Source of the DNA: Azolla caroliniana
Taxonomy: Eukaryota > Plantae > Polypodiophyta
DNA: 64,000 nt
Reading direction: 5' to 3'
Assembly: GCA_043228905.1 (NCBI GenBank)
Contig: JBHGNT010000003.1
Coordinates: forward strand, 8,122,001-8,186,000
In this document: positions 26,677 through 39,149 of the stretch, piece by piece
Numbering within the stretch: position 1 is the stretch's first letter
Layout: each line of letters begins with the position of its first letter
Program-made: the position numbers and the translations under genes
Notes under the pieces: model-generated
Database searches by the model: none
The model's input: only the letters and a program-made list of their open reading frames with translations
What the model was told of the DNA's origin: nothing

Positions 26677-27685
26677 ATGCAAGTTCAAGCTCTGCGAGGT
26701 AAGTGAAAGACACTAAAACCCATCTATTCTCTGTCAAAATCTCCATGGCCTCGAAGGATATTCTTCTCTTTCTTTCTTTCTTTCTTTCTTTCTCACACAC
26801 ACATATTCACATGTGTTTTGTTATTCATTTTCAGGTGCTCAGATCTTCTTCTCCAAGCCTTCAAACATCAGAAATCTTCAGCATTCAGGTACTCCTCGCA
26901 ACGTCTTCCCCTCTCTCATCGTTGAAAACCCTAGCTTTCCCTCAGTTAGGGCTTCGTCTACTCCTAGGATTAGGCCCTCGTCCAGGGCTTTGTCTATGGA
27001 TACCTCTATCCAAAGCGAAAACGAGGAAAGCAAAGGCAAAGGCAAGATCCGTGTTATTGAGCATGTGGTGCTTTTAAAGGTGAAAGAAGGGGTCCCAGAA
27101 GAGCAATCTGATGCTATGGTTTCTGCTCTCCGAGGCCTCAAATCTCTGCCATCAGTAATTCATATCACTGCTGGAAAAAATAATAGATATAATAGTGGCA
27201 TTAGTAGTGGTGATGAGAGCTTTTCGCATGCTCTCCACTCGAGATACTACAGCAAAGAAGACCTCAACTCATATGCTAACGACCCCTTACATCTTGAAGT
27301 CATCAAGAACCACACAGCCCCAATAGTCGATGATAGAATTGCAATTGACTGGGAAACTGAACTAGAGGAACCAGAATTGGCATCTTCTGGTTCAGTTGGA
27401 GCTGTGAGAATTGTCGCCATGAGGCCAAGTTTGGGAACCTCAGTTTCACATCTCGTGGATGCATTCAGTGCCTTTGAGGCACAGTTTCGTTCAATCAAGC
27501 AAGTTAGCTTCGGGACCAATTTTTCGCCGAGATCGAAAGGCTATGAATTTGGATATGTCGCCTTGTTACCTAATCTTCATGAGCTTTCAGAGCTTTCCGA
27601 GAATGAGGAATATGTAAATGTGCATAAATCCACCATCATGCCCGCCCTCGAAAAGTATATTGTAGTGGATTATTCCTCTACATGA
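26677..27685 (+). CDS. Stress-response A/B barrel (tandem Dabb domain, UP3-like) protein, probably plastid-targeted; join(26677..26698,26835..27685), 290 aa
   Basis: IEHVVLLKVK...HALHSRY...Y...HLEV...DRIAID, and a second barrel ending SFGTNFSPRSKGYEFG. A Ser/Pro/Arg-rich N-terminus resembles a transit peptide. GTAAGT donor at 26699 and TTTTCAG acceptor ending 26834 join in frame as MQVQALRG. Confidence 0.9.
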
Positions 27686-29009
27686 ATTCAAGTGATATCG
27701 TTGAAGAAAGATGCTAAAGAAAAGATAATAAAATATTTATATTTGCATCTGACTATTTGTGTGTCGGGAGTGAACTCTCTTTGCAATTCAGAGGCTTCAA
27801 GGTCCTTACCAATATGCAAATACTGCATTAAGGAGTATTTTGCCTCCATGGTGAGTGTCCATTGAACACCAAAACGGATTTCTGAAATAAGAAAGTTACT
27901 TAAATGGTTTTCTGTCATTTGAATTTGTTTTGGGCTCATACTATACACAAGGTTGCATTGATGAATCAGTTTGGCTGTATAAAGGTTTCATTTCATCTCT
28001 GTGCTGTGTCTGGTGGAGATTCAAATAGATTTTCTGAGATAATAGAGTTCCCGAAATGTTTACTTCTGTGATGTTCTTCTCATTGGAGCCTACAATATTA
28101 AAGGCTTACAAGAGATTGCATTAAGAAACCTTTTTGGCATTTGTTTTATCTCCATGGTGATGTCTAACAGACCCTCAAATTTGAGAAATGAAACAAGGCA
28201 ATTTATGTTTTTGATTTTATACCGTATCATGCACAAAGATAAAAGTGTTTGAAATCAATTTTGAATGCTTAAAAATAAGATGGGAGATAAAAATATAGCT
28301 AGCAACAATGTAAAGCTAGAATACAATCAAGTATGATTTTGAGTCCCAACAAAGAAGGCAATATGAAATTGTTTCATTTTTGGTTAACAATGTTTCATTA
28401 TGGAGACAGACTTTGATAGAACTTATAAGGACAAGTACAAATTAGAATCCTAGACTAGTGTTCTTTGGCATATAAGAGATAGATATTCCCACCAATTCTA
28501 GATCTATAATAATCTGCATTCATGAAAGAAAATTGATACGTTTCAATGAAAGAAAATCTCCAATAAGGTATAGTGCACTTCTATATGTTTCAAAGTTCTT
28601 TCATGCCAACAAGATGGCACTCTAGTCGTCATTGTCGAGAGCTAGAGCTTAACCTTATACCCCCTTTTATTTGCAACCAGTTCAGAATTCCACAATAAAT
28701 CCTTTCATATTTCACTGGCAACATTATGCTGTACTTTCGTTTTCAACGCAACTATGCACTCTGGAAGTCGTCATCTCCAATATATTGTTTTGCATGCAAG
28801 ATAATAAAAAATTCCGATGTACATTGAAGTTCAAAATTCGGACTTGGTTTCCTTTGCCCACTCCAAGGTTTGTCTCCTTGTTCCACACAATTACTAGATA
28901 AATCCTTTTTACCATTGTTGAATGCTTTTTTCTTGGGTTTGACATGAATTGACAAAATACTCTAATTGCAAATGCAATGTCAAGTTTGGTGCAAGGCTGT
29001 TATAACGCA

Positions 29010-30020
29010 CATTTAATGTTTAGGTACAGATAACGACATCTCTTGTGCCTTTATCACCAACACCATCCCCTCCTCTTGATGATGGTATCTATCAATTGGG
29101 ACTACCCTAATAAACAACATACATTCCCCCACTTGAATGTGCCTTGCACCAAACTTCATCAACCCCCCTCCATATTCGATGCGTCTTTGGGCAGTCCCAC
29201 AGAGCGTGTTGGATTGATCTATTTCATTGGGGCACGCTACACAATTAGGAGAGCAAAGGATCTTGGGTTGCCACACGTCAACCAGCAGTGATCTATCTAT
29301 CAATAGCCATTGAAATGTAGTAATTCGCATAGCTTGTTATTGTTTCCATCATTGCTGCCAAAACTTGGCAATAGTGGTATGGGGAACATGATATGTGTGC
29401 CATATCTTTACAGCAACCAATCCTTTGTTGGTTTGAGCAACTAGGATATGGCGAACCAATTTGTTCATGAATTGGAAGAAGGGGATGGCTTTGCTTCCTT
29501 GTCTCACATAACGATCGTGTCGCGTCCATTGCCAAGGGTCCCAACTAACCTTACGTGGCCATGTGTTTTCATGAACACATATGTGCAAGCCTAGTTGTAC
29601 TTTGATCGGGCCAAGATCTACAATCCACTTACCACCTGTATTCGCAAGCACTTGAATCGTTATGTTCATTGTTGTTGGTTTCTCGTTGCCTCACAATTCG
29701 TGGCCTTCGATCCTATCTAATGTTTCACTATCTCTTGGAGTCAAGGAACCCTCGTCGTTGCCTATCCACTTCTCCATTATCATCCTTGGACTAGCAGCTT
29801 CCCCAAGCAATAGACTGCTCACAATTTTAGATCTCATTGTCCATCCGCCCTTGATTCCATATAGTATGTTGGCTTCATCTTGTACTAGCAATGACATGAA
29901 CAACCTCCAACATTCTATGCTCTTTGTTGGATCTTCTGCAATGCTTCCCCATGGTAGCCCCTTACTGGATCCAATTAGTTTACCGGATTCATCTCGGATG
30001 CATGGGTTCCACAAAATGCA
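29010..30020 (-). pseudogene. Degenerate L1-type LINE fragment (3' part of ORF2, zf-RVT-like)
   Basis: RITTFQWLLIDRSL...CVAC followed, after a frameshift, by SIQHALWDCPKTHRIW. Confidence 0.65.
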
Positions 30021-31460
30021 TTGATTGAGCTAGGCATGTTTGGAGTTAAGTTGACCTCACTTAAGCCCTCCTCTTATGTCATAGCACGCCATCCACATGG
30101 ATGCACTATATACTTGTGTGTACGAATATATGTATGTGTTTATGTAAAAGTGTATGGGTTTAGCTATGCATGTGTTACATGTATGAAGGTGATTAAAAAT
30201 GGGTAGGAATGTGTCTATGAGTGTATATGTATTCATGTGAAGAAGTATATGCATGTGATGTGTGGATAATGTTTATGAACATGACTATGTCAATATATGT
30301 ATATTTGTGGGCGTACTTTGCATATGCCTATGTTAATCTATAGTATGTGCTTATGTATGTATATATATTGGGGTATGTGTTAGTGTATTTTTATATAAAT
30401 TAGTATGTGTTGCTTTATGTATGAATATATATGTATATAAATATGAGTAGGGATGAGTGTGTGAATGTGTCCTTTTATATTTATGTGTATGTGTGTGAGT
30501 GAGTGAGTGAGTGAGTGAGTGTTTAGATATGTGAATATCCTTGTGTTTGAATTATGTATGTCATTTTGTGCAAGTCTATGGGTAGGTTTATGTGTATTTT
30601 AAAATGTAGGTTTATATTTGCAATTATGTGTGAAGGGATAATGCACGGGGTCAAGCATCGACTTAAGGTTTGAAAGGTTGAGGTGCCTTAGGTTGTTCTT
30701 GAGGCTTGGAATTGAGTAAAGTTTGAATACTCGAGGGTTGGGTGATCGACCAAAGGTCAAGGCTCAGCCCCCTCGAGGATTGGAGGTGGGGTGAGCCAAT
30801 GCTTCACGGTTGAGTGCTTGAAGCTCTAAGCATCAACTATGGCTCGAGCATTGGGCGCTTGAGGTGCAAGAATGCTCGAAGGTTGAGATCAAGTTGATTG
30901 AATGCTTGCATGCCCTATCAACTCATTGAGCTTAAAAGTTCACACACATCTTCGTGGGCCCAATTATCTATTCAAGGGCAATGGTTCCATTTTTACTTCT
31001 TTGATCCTCTTAAATTCATGTGCTTATGCCTACAAAGCATGAACTTCATCCTATTGGTGGAATACAAAGGTTTTCTAGAACTCGGTGTCATGAGTTCAAA
31101 TTATGTCATTCACAACCTTCTCTTGCTTGTAGCTTTTCCACAAAGGCTCCAAATAACGATTTGAGAAATCCATCGTGATTCCCACAAAATTCCCTAGAAA
31201 CTCGCACAAAGAACTACCAGATGCTTAGAGACTAATGAATTTGCACTTTTTCCTCCCTTGAATTTACATGTTTCCACACATAGGTCAAGACTCGATGATC
31301 CAATTCTCAATCAAGGAATTCCATGACAATTGTCGCTCAACCGCATGTCGCATAAGATTTGTAAAACTCGTTCCAAATACATGTATAATTTAATGAAACC
31401 TTACAATAATTCGCAATCCTTTCAAGAAGCCCATAGTGAGATACAACTAAAGTTTTAAGA

Positions 31461-31509
31461 GGTATCTTCGGTTTAGGGTTTAGGGTTTAGGGTTTAGGCC
31501 GAAGATACC
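31461..31509 (+). repeat. Interstitial telomeric repeat inside an 11-bp inverted repeat
   Basis: GGTATCTTCGG-(TTTAGGG)3-TTTAGG-CCGAAGATACC. Confidence 0.92.
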
Positions 31510-31511
31510 CA

Positions 31512-32615
31512 ATAAGGGGGAGCTGGAAAGCTTCGAGGAAGCTAAAAGGGATACCCACATCCGGAAATGGTTGAGTGCCATGAAAGATGAGATGGATTCC
31601 GCCATGTTGGAGCCATCCTGATATCGGATTTTCACTAGTTTCCGGAACAAAAAGACTTTGTTGACAACATTCTTGTTCTCTAACATGTTACATAATGTCA
31701 ATCTTCTCCCAAAGGACATCTGCCTTGTTCTCTTTATTAAAGTTTTTGTATAGACTCGTGTCTATAAAACACCTTTTGTATGCAGCTGCCTTCATATGCA
31801 TGACTTCCCAAGTTGATGCATCAATCTTGTCTGCCTTGGTCTTCTTGTATTGCACCGCCAACCATAAATCCTTGCACATGAGCATGTCCCACATCTTGGA
31901 CTTCCACACTATGTAGTTGGATTTGGTTAACTTGAACATTCTGCCGAATGTGTCTTCCATCGCTCTAATACCAGTTTGTTGAGAATTGATCCGGCCACAA
32001 CCTGTTAGCACATATGTGTATGCGGGTGCAAAGATCGAGAATGACAGAACACAAACATGACAAAAGATACAAGTACAAAGACGCTATTTAACGTGGAAAA
32101 CCCGAAAAAAGGAAAAACCAGGTGGAGTCAAAAAACCCCGAACAGAATCACTATGATGGGAGGAGTACAACAAGAAGCTTGAAGGCAACGACTTTGAGCT
32201 CTTGTTCGTCACAGATGGTTACAAAGATACTCACACACTCTCACAACTCTAGTTATAGAGGCAACTATCAACTATAACTTTCCTACCACGACAATAATGA
32301 TCAACTACTTAATTATTGCCCTAGGTGTATTTATACCAATACAACATTCATTACTATTTACAAATATAGCCCAAAAGGGCACATTAACTCTATTTACAGA
32401 TATAGCCTCGAGTCGGCTTCGACCAATTCGGCTATTAGCCGAATCAATTTGGATTTGATTATTCGGCGATCACCGAATTGAACAATTGGTTTGACTTTTT
32501 AGCCTCGGCCGAGTTGTTGTTAACTGATTCAGTTCTTTCTTCAACTAGTGCTCCTCTTCCCGAAGAACTTCAAATCGTGCTCCTCTTCCCATCTCGAGGG
32601 ACTTGTTACCTAACA
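31512..32615 (-). mobile_element. Truncated, rearranged copia element (5' LTR, PBS, gag N-terminus, short inverted pol piece)
   Basis: LTR about 31977-32615, PBS-like TGGTATTAGAGC at 31962-31973, gag KLTKSNYIVWKSKM...DLW. The stretch 31515-31600 reads ESFEEAK...KWLSAMKDEMDS on the opposite (plus) strand. Confidence 0.8.
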
Positions 32616-32848
32616 CTTTCTGCTGAAAAACAGGACTTGAGTTAAATTGATTATTGTTTAATTAAAATGACGGACTATAGAAATTAATCGATGATATTTT
32701 GCTCGAGAGATGAATTGAAGTTAACCAATTAGATTTGCTCAAAGATTGCAAGAGAGCATTTAGTTTTCTTGCCGGAAACAACTCGTTGGTGGTGGTGAGG
32801 AGAAAACGAAGAGACCCGGAGTTGAGTTCCCTTTGTCTCATGGTAACC

Positions 32849-33247
32849 CATCCATACATGCCATTACAATATACATATACATCACAAGAGGAAGGCAGAT
32901 TACAAGCTCTCTAGCAAAAGCCATTACAAGGAAATCTGTTTCCTGATAGGCCATCCATACATGCCATTACAATATACATATACATCACAAGAGGAAGCCA
33001 GATTACAAGCTCTCTATCAAAATGCCAGATTTTTAAGAAAGAAAAGGGGAATTACTCGTCAGATCGCTCATCTGCCTTCACTGCAGGTGGGAATTTATGC
33101 ACACTGGCCATTACAATATACATATACATCACAAGAGGAAGCCAGATTACAAGCTCTCTATCAAAAAGCCAGATTTTTAAGAAAGAAAAGGGGAATTACT
33201 CGTCAGATCGCTCATCTGCCTTCACTGCAGGTGGGAATTTATGCACA
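32849..33247 (+). repeat. Local tandem repeats (two copies of about 141 bp plus a partial upstream copy)
   Basis: GCCATTACAATATACATATACATCACAAGAGGAAG at about 32860, 32963 and 33107. Confidence 0.85.
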
Positions 33248-33884
33248 CACTGCAGGACGGTCATCAACAGCCTCTTTCTTCTTCCTCTGGCGAGGAGGAA
33301 GGAGAGATTTTGAGTGGTATTCGCGCTCTGGCAGATGGAGCACATACTTCATCTTCCGAGTAATGCAGGCATTTGTCTGAGCAGAGAATTGCTCACACAA
33401 GAGGTACGAACTATAGAACAGATCCTGTTCAAGTATAGTCGTGATAGGACATCTCTACTCATGGCTTATATAAAAGCTTCAATTTTATGAATGTCTTTGT
33501 ATGTGGAACTCTAAACCCTAAACCCAAAGCCATGGCAGCTTGAAGGAAGATCTTCTTTTGTACTCTTGAAAACTATAGATCCTCCCCCTCCTCACTCAGT
33601 ATATACTCTAGGAATCAATGGACTCTAGGAATCAATGGAGCTCTGTGTACATGAGCTTAGTGTGATTATAGGTTATGGTCAGAAGAAGTAACCTAATGAA
33701 CAAAAAGACATATAGTTCAAACATGTAAGAAGAACAAACTCTTGGAATGATAAGGTCCAAGGTTCGAAACTCGGTTAGGGGTAATCAGAGGGACAAAGAT
33801 GCCTTACATACATACTCGGTATGTAAAAGATAGATCTATGGTCAAGATATTTTGTAAAAATGAAAAGGGAACATTTACTTTTGG

Positions 33885-34430
33885 GTTACGGTTAAACTTG
33901 TACACGAAGGAAGTTTGACATACATGTTGGTAATGGGGATCTTGAAACCTATAATAAGATGCGGATGGCGATGACTATTGTGTTAGATTGTCAAGGTTAA
34001 GTTCTACACGAAGGAAGTTTGACGTGTTCGTAACGGGGATCTTGAAACCTATAAAAGGATGTGGATGGCAATGCTTGTTGTGTTAGTCAAAGTGTCAAGG
34101 TTAAGTTCTACACGAAGGAAGTTTGTCATGTTGGTAACGGGGATCTTGAAACCTATAAAGGATGGCGATGATTGTTGTGTAAGTTAGAGTGTCAAGGTTA
34201 TGTTCTACACAATGCGGATGGAGACGCTTTTGTGTTAGTTAGAGTGTCAAGGTTAAGTTCTACATGAAGGAAGTTTGACATGTTGGTAAGGGGGATCTTG
34301 AAACCTATACAAGGATGCGGATGGTGATGACTTTTGTGTTAAATAGAGTGTCAAGGTTAAGTTCTACACGAAGGAAGTTTGACGTGTTGGTAATGGGGAT
34401 CTTGAAACCTATAAAAGGATGTGGAAAGCT
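33885..34430 (+). repeat. Minisatellite-like array, unit about 95-100 bp
   Basis: Repeated GTCAAGGTTAAGTTCTACACGAAGGAAGTTTGAC...GGGGATCTTGAAACCTATAA. A related array lies at about 37150-37480. Confidence 0.85.
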
Positions 34431-35481
34431 CATTGCCAGGAATTGCCATGTTGAGAGGACCCCCCAAGATTTGCTAGTGGACAAAATTATTGATGGATGG
34501 GGAATCAAGAGGCTATGGTGTGTAGGAGACCTATGGCTACAAAAGGAAACATGTTATCGATTGCACGTTGACTACATTGAAACTTGAGGATGTCCTCTTG
34601 ACACTATCATCCTCCCTTATTTGTTTTCGTCGTATTCACCCATATCCTATTCTAGTCACCCCACATAATGGGGTTGAGGATATAAAACTATAGTTGTATG
34701 TTATTATGAGCTTCGTGAAATGATTGTGAACCATTGTAAGGTTTCATTAAATTATACATGTATTTGGAACGAGTTTTACAAATCTTATGCGACATGCAGT
34801 TGAGCGACAATTGTCATTGAATTAGACGATTGAGAATTGGATCACCGAGTGTTGACCTATGTCTAAAAACCTGTAATTTCATAGGAGGCAACATTAGTCC
34901 CTAAGCACTTGGTAGTTCTCTGTGTGCATCTTTAGGGAATTTCATGGGAATTGTGGTGGATTTTTCAATTTGTTATTTGGAGTCTTTTAGGAAGAGCTAC
35001 GAGCAAGAGAAGTTTGCGAACAACATGAGTTGAACACATGGCGACGAGTTCTAGAAAACCTATGTGGGCCCCACCAACTAGGCAAAGTTCATGCTTTCTA
35101 GGCATAAGCACGTGAATTGTAAGAGGGTCAAAGAAGTACATACAAAAATTATTTCCCTTGAATAGAGAATTGGGCACATGAGGATGTGTGTGAACGGTTA
35201 AAAGATCGATAGGGCACACAAGCATTCAATTAGGTTGACCACAACCTTTGAACATTCCTGCTTGAGCATTAGTTGATGCTTAGAACTTAAGTATTGAACC
35301 CTTGAGCGTTGGACCAACCCTCCTCCAATCCTTGAGGAGGTTGAGCCTCGACCTTTGGTCGATCACACAATCCTCGAGTTTTGATACTTGACACAATTCC
35401 AAGCCTCAAGCCCTTGAACATTAAAACTTGCACAAAATCACATACATAATTAAAACACAAGGACATTCGCATTTCTAGATT

Positions 35482-35522
<41 letters not shown>

Positions 35523-35978
35523 TAAATATGAGAGGACACATTCACACACTTATACCTACTCATATTTATATACATGTATATTCATAAATAAAGCAATACA
35601 TACAAATTTACATGAAAATACACTAACACATACATAAGCACAAAATGTGCAAAGTGCACCCACAAATATACATATATTAACATACCCATGTTCATATACA
35701 TTATCCACACATACACATGCACACACGCACAAGCATCTATACACACTTCATTTATACATGGATGCCTGCATATTAACACACATATAAATATATACAATTA
35801 GGCAAACACATTAATACTCGTAACTCTAACATACTTAGACATTCTTCAATCACTAAAGTACCCAAACACTTTCACTTGCATGGAGAGTCACACAAACACA
35901 CACACATTTAAATGAAAAGCAAGATATTATCAAGGCTTATTGAGAAAATCAGAAGGAAGTTGAAACCAATATAACCAA

Positions 35979-36452
35979 TAACAATTAGCACCGAACTGCG
36001 AAACCGCAGTTTAACGGCTTAACGGTTTCAACGGTTCGGTTCAAGTTTGGGGTTTTTTTTAAACAGTTTGGTTCGGTTTCAACAATCAAAAACTGCGGTT
36101 TAAACGGTTTAATGGGTTTTTTTTTATAATTTAAAAAAAAAAAATTGTAAAAATTGTTTTTAAACAATCTTTTCATTTTTAGACCTTATTCTCACATTTT
36201 AGGAACATCTTAAAAATTTAAAAAAATTTAAATCATGAAATATTATCAATTTAAAAAAATTAAAAATTTGACCTATTTTCAAAACCGAAACCGAACCACG
36301 AAACCGCGGTTTCTACGGTTTAATGGCTTAACGGTTTGAAAAGTTTAACGGTTTAACGGTTTGGTTCAGGTTTCAAACATTTTTTACGGTTCGGTTCCAA
36401 ACCGGTTCGGTTTGGACCCTCTCAAACCGCACCGAACTGTTGCCGATTGTTA
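35979..36452. mobile_element. Non-autonomous hAT-type element (MITE-like)
   Basis: 8-bp duplication ATAACCAA at 35971-35978 and 36453-36460. Termini TAACAATTAGCA / TGCCGATTGTTA (10/12 inverted match). Many subterminal AAACCG/CGGTTT motifs. Confidence 0.85.
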
Positions 36453-39149
36453 ATAACCAACACTAACGAGGGACCTAAAGTCATCAACTTGAGCCGACAC
36501 CATCTTCCCTAGCAGGGAAGCACATTCATCATTGGAAGCTTTACATTATGTCATGTTGGGCACTAGATTTTGGTTGTGAAGCACATTAAGTAGAATATGG
36601 ATACCATGCATATTGAATGTATTAATACGAGTTAAGTACCTCCAAAACTGAAAGTACTTTGAATACATTTTTCGTATAAATGTTAATTACTTATATGACA
36701 TATGTATTTGTTAATACGAGAAGAAGAAGAAGAAGAAGAGGCTGTTGATGACCGTCCTGCAGTGTGTGCATATAATTCCCACATGCAGTGAAGGCAGATG
36801 AGCGATCTGATAAGTTCTTCTTTTTTGTTGTTGATCTCTGTCTTCTTCACTTCCTCTTGTGATCTGGCTTCTTCTTTTGATGTAGCTTGTACTGGCATGT
36901 ATGGCTTCCTCTTGTGAGCTTAATGTGAGAGATTAGGTTATGGTAAGAAAAAGTAGCAAGAAGAAACTGCTCAATGAAGAAGAAGATGATGATGACCATA
37001 TAGTTCAAACATGTAAGAACAAAAACTCTTGGAACGATAAGGTGCACGGTTTCGATTCTCTCGATAGGGCTAATCGAGAGAGAAAGATGCCTTACTCGTT
37101 ATGTAAAAGACATAATATTGTCGAGATATTTCGTAAAAATGAAAAGGGATAGTTACTTTTGTGTTAGGCAAGTGTTCAAGGTTAAGTGCCACACGAAGGA
37201 AGTTGTTATGTTGGTAATGGGGCTCTTGAAAGGATGTGGGTGGCTGGTAATGGGGCTCTTGAAAGGATGTGGGTGGCAATGACTTTTGTGTTAGTCCATT
37301 GACAAGGTTAAGTGCTACGTAACGGAAGTTGATTTGATGGAATGGGGCTCTTGAAACCTATAAAAGGATGTAGGTGGCAATGACTTTTGTGTTAGTCAAG
37401 CGACAAGGTTAGGTGTGACACAAACGAAGTTGATATGTTGTTAATGGGACTCTTGAAACCTATAAGAGGATGTGGAAAGCTCATTGCAAGGAATTGGCAT
37501 GCTGAGAGAGGACCCCCAAGATTTGCTAGTGGACGAAATTATTCACGGATGGGGAATCAAAGGGTGTGTAGGAGACCTATCGTGACGAAAGGAAACGTGG
37601 TTATCGATCACATGTTCACTACACTAAAACTTGAGGATGTCATGTTGACATATCATTTTAATTGATCTCTTTTCATTGTATTCATCCATATCCTATACCC
37701 CATGTCACAGGATTGAGGATTTGAAACTTTAGTTGTATCTCACTATGAGCTTCTCGAAAGGATTGCGAATTATTGTAAGGTTTCATTAAAGTATGCATGT
37801 ATTTGGAACGAGTTTTACAAATCTTATGCGACATGCGGTTGAGCGACAATTGTCATGGAATTCCTTGATTGAGAATTGGATCATCGAGTCTTGACCTATG
37901 TGTGGAAACATGTAAATTCAAGGGAGGCAAAAGTGCAAATTCATTAGTCTCTAAGCATCTGGTAGTTCTTTGTGCGAGTTTCTAGGGAATTTTGTGGGAA
38001 TCACGATGGATTTTTCAAATCGTTATTTGGAGTCTTTGTGGAAAAGCTACAAGCAAGAGAAGGTTGTGAATGACATAATTTGAACTCATGACACCGAGTT
38101 CTAGAAAACCTTTGTATTCCACCAATAGGATGAAGTTCATGCTTTGTAGGCATAAGCACATGAATTTAAGAGGATCAAAGAAGTAAAAATGGAACCATTG
38201 CCCTTGAATAGATAATTGGGCCCACGAAGATGTGCGTGAACTTTTAAGCTCAATGAGTTGATAGGGCATGCAAGCATTCAATCAACTTGATCTCAACCTT
38301 CGAGCATTCTTGCACCTCAAGCGCCCAATGCTCGAGCCATAGTTGATGCTTAGAGCTTCAAGCACTCAACCGTGAAGCATTGGCTCACCCCACCTCCAAT
38401 CCTCGAGGGGGCTGAGCCTTGACCTTTGGTCGATCACCCAACCCTCGAGTATTCAAACTTTACTCAATTCCAAGCCTCAAGAACAACCTAAGGCACCTCA
38501 ACCTTTCAAACCTTAAGTCGATGCTTGACCCCGTGCATTATCCCTTCACACATAATTGCAAATATAAACCTACATTTTAAAATACACATAAACCTACCCA
38601 TAGACTTGCACAAAATGACATACATAATTCAAACACAAGGATATTCACATATCTAAACACTCACTCACTCACTCACTCACACACACATAAATATAAAAGG
38701 ACACATTCACACACTCATCCCTACTCATATTTATATACATATATATTCATACATAAAGCAACACATACTAATTTATATAAAAATACACTAACACATACCC
38801 CAATATATATACATACATAAGCACATACTATAGATTAACATAGGCATATGCAAAGTACGCCCACAAATATACATATATTAACATAGTCATGTTCATAAAC
38901 ATTATCCACACATCACATGCATATACTTCTTCACATGAATACATATACACTCATAGACACATTCCTACCCATTTTTAATCACCTTCATACATGTAACACA
39001 TGCATAGCTAAACCCATACACTTTTACATAAACACATACATATATTCGTACACACAAGTATATAGTGCATCCATGTGGATGGCGTGCTATGACATAAGAG
39101 GAGGGCTTAAGTGAGGTCAACTTAACTCCAAACATGCCTAGCTCAATCA

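Larger units (their letters stand above)
12057..31455 (+). repeat. Left arm of large inverted duplication (minimum extent)
   Basis: Colinear reverse-complement match to 37724-61010 across the LINE fragment, Dabb gene, copia remnant, G1, solo LTR and copia A, with shared insertion junctions. Confidence 0.95.

Noticed and set aside
26813-26834. ORF-track start MFCYSFS for the Dabb protein (also 42337-42358)
   Set aside because: This stretch is the 3' end of an intron. A 22-nt upstream exon with ATG and a GTAAGT donor splices in frame.
28671-30254. Short ORFs conserved in both arms as novel genes
   Set aside because: The conservation only reflects the recent duplication. The recognisable part is a frameshifted LINE remnant.
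32961-33405. 139-aa repeat ORF or exon of a novel gene
   Set aside because: The ORF length comes from a 141-bp tandem duplication. The exon-like piece 33257-33403 has stops in all three frames and no recognisable domain.
33508-33530. Second telomeric tract (CTAAACCCTAAACCC), and CCCTAAA motifs in the pogo array
   Set aside because: At most two units, typical of common telo-box-like motifs, and not tied to a demonstrable junction.
33885-34430. CRISPR-like array (also 44660-45440 and 57270-57590)
   Set aside because: Whole units are repeated with no unique spacers, there are no cas genes, and the context is eukaryotic.
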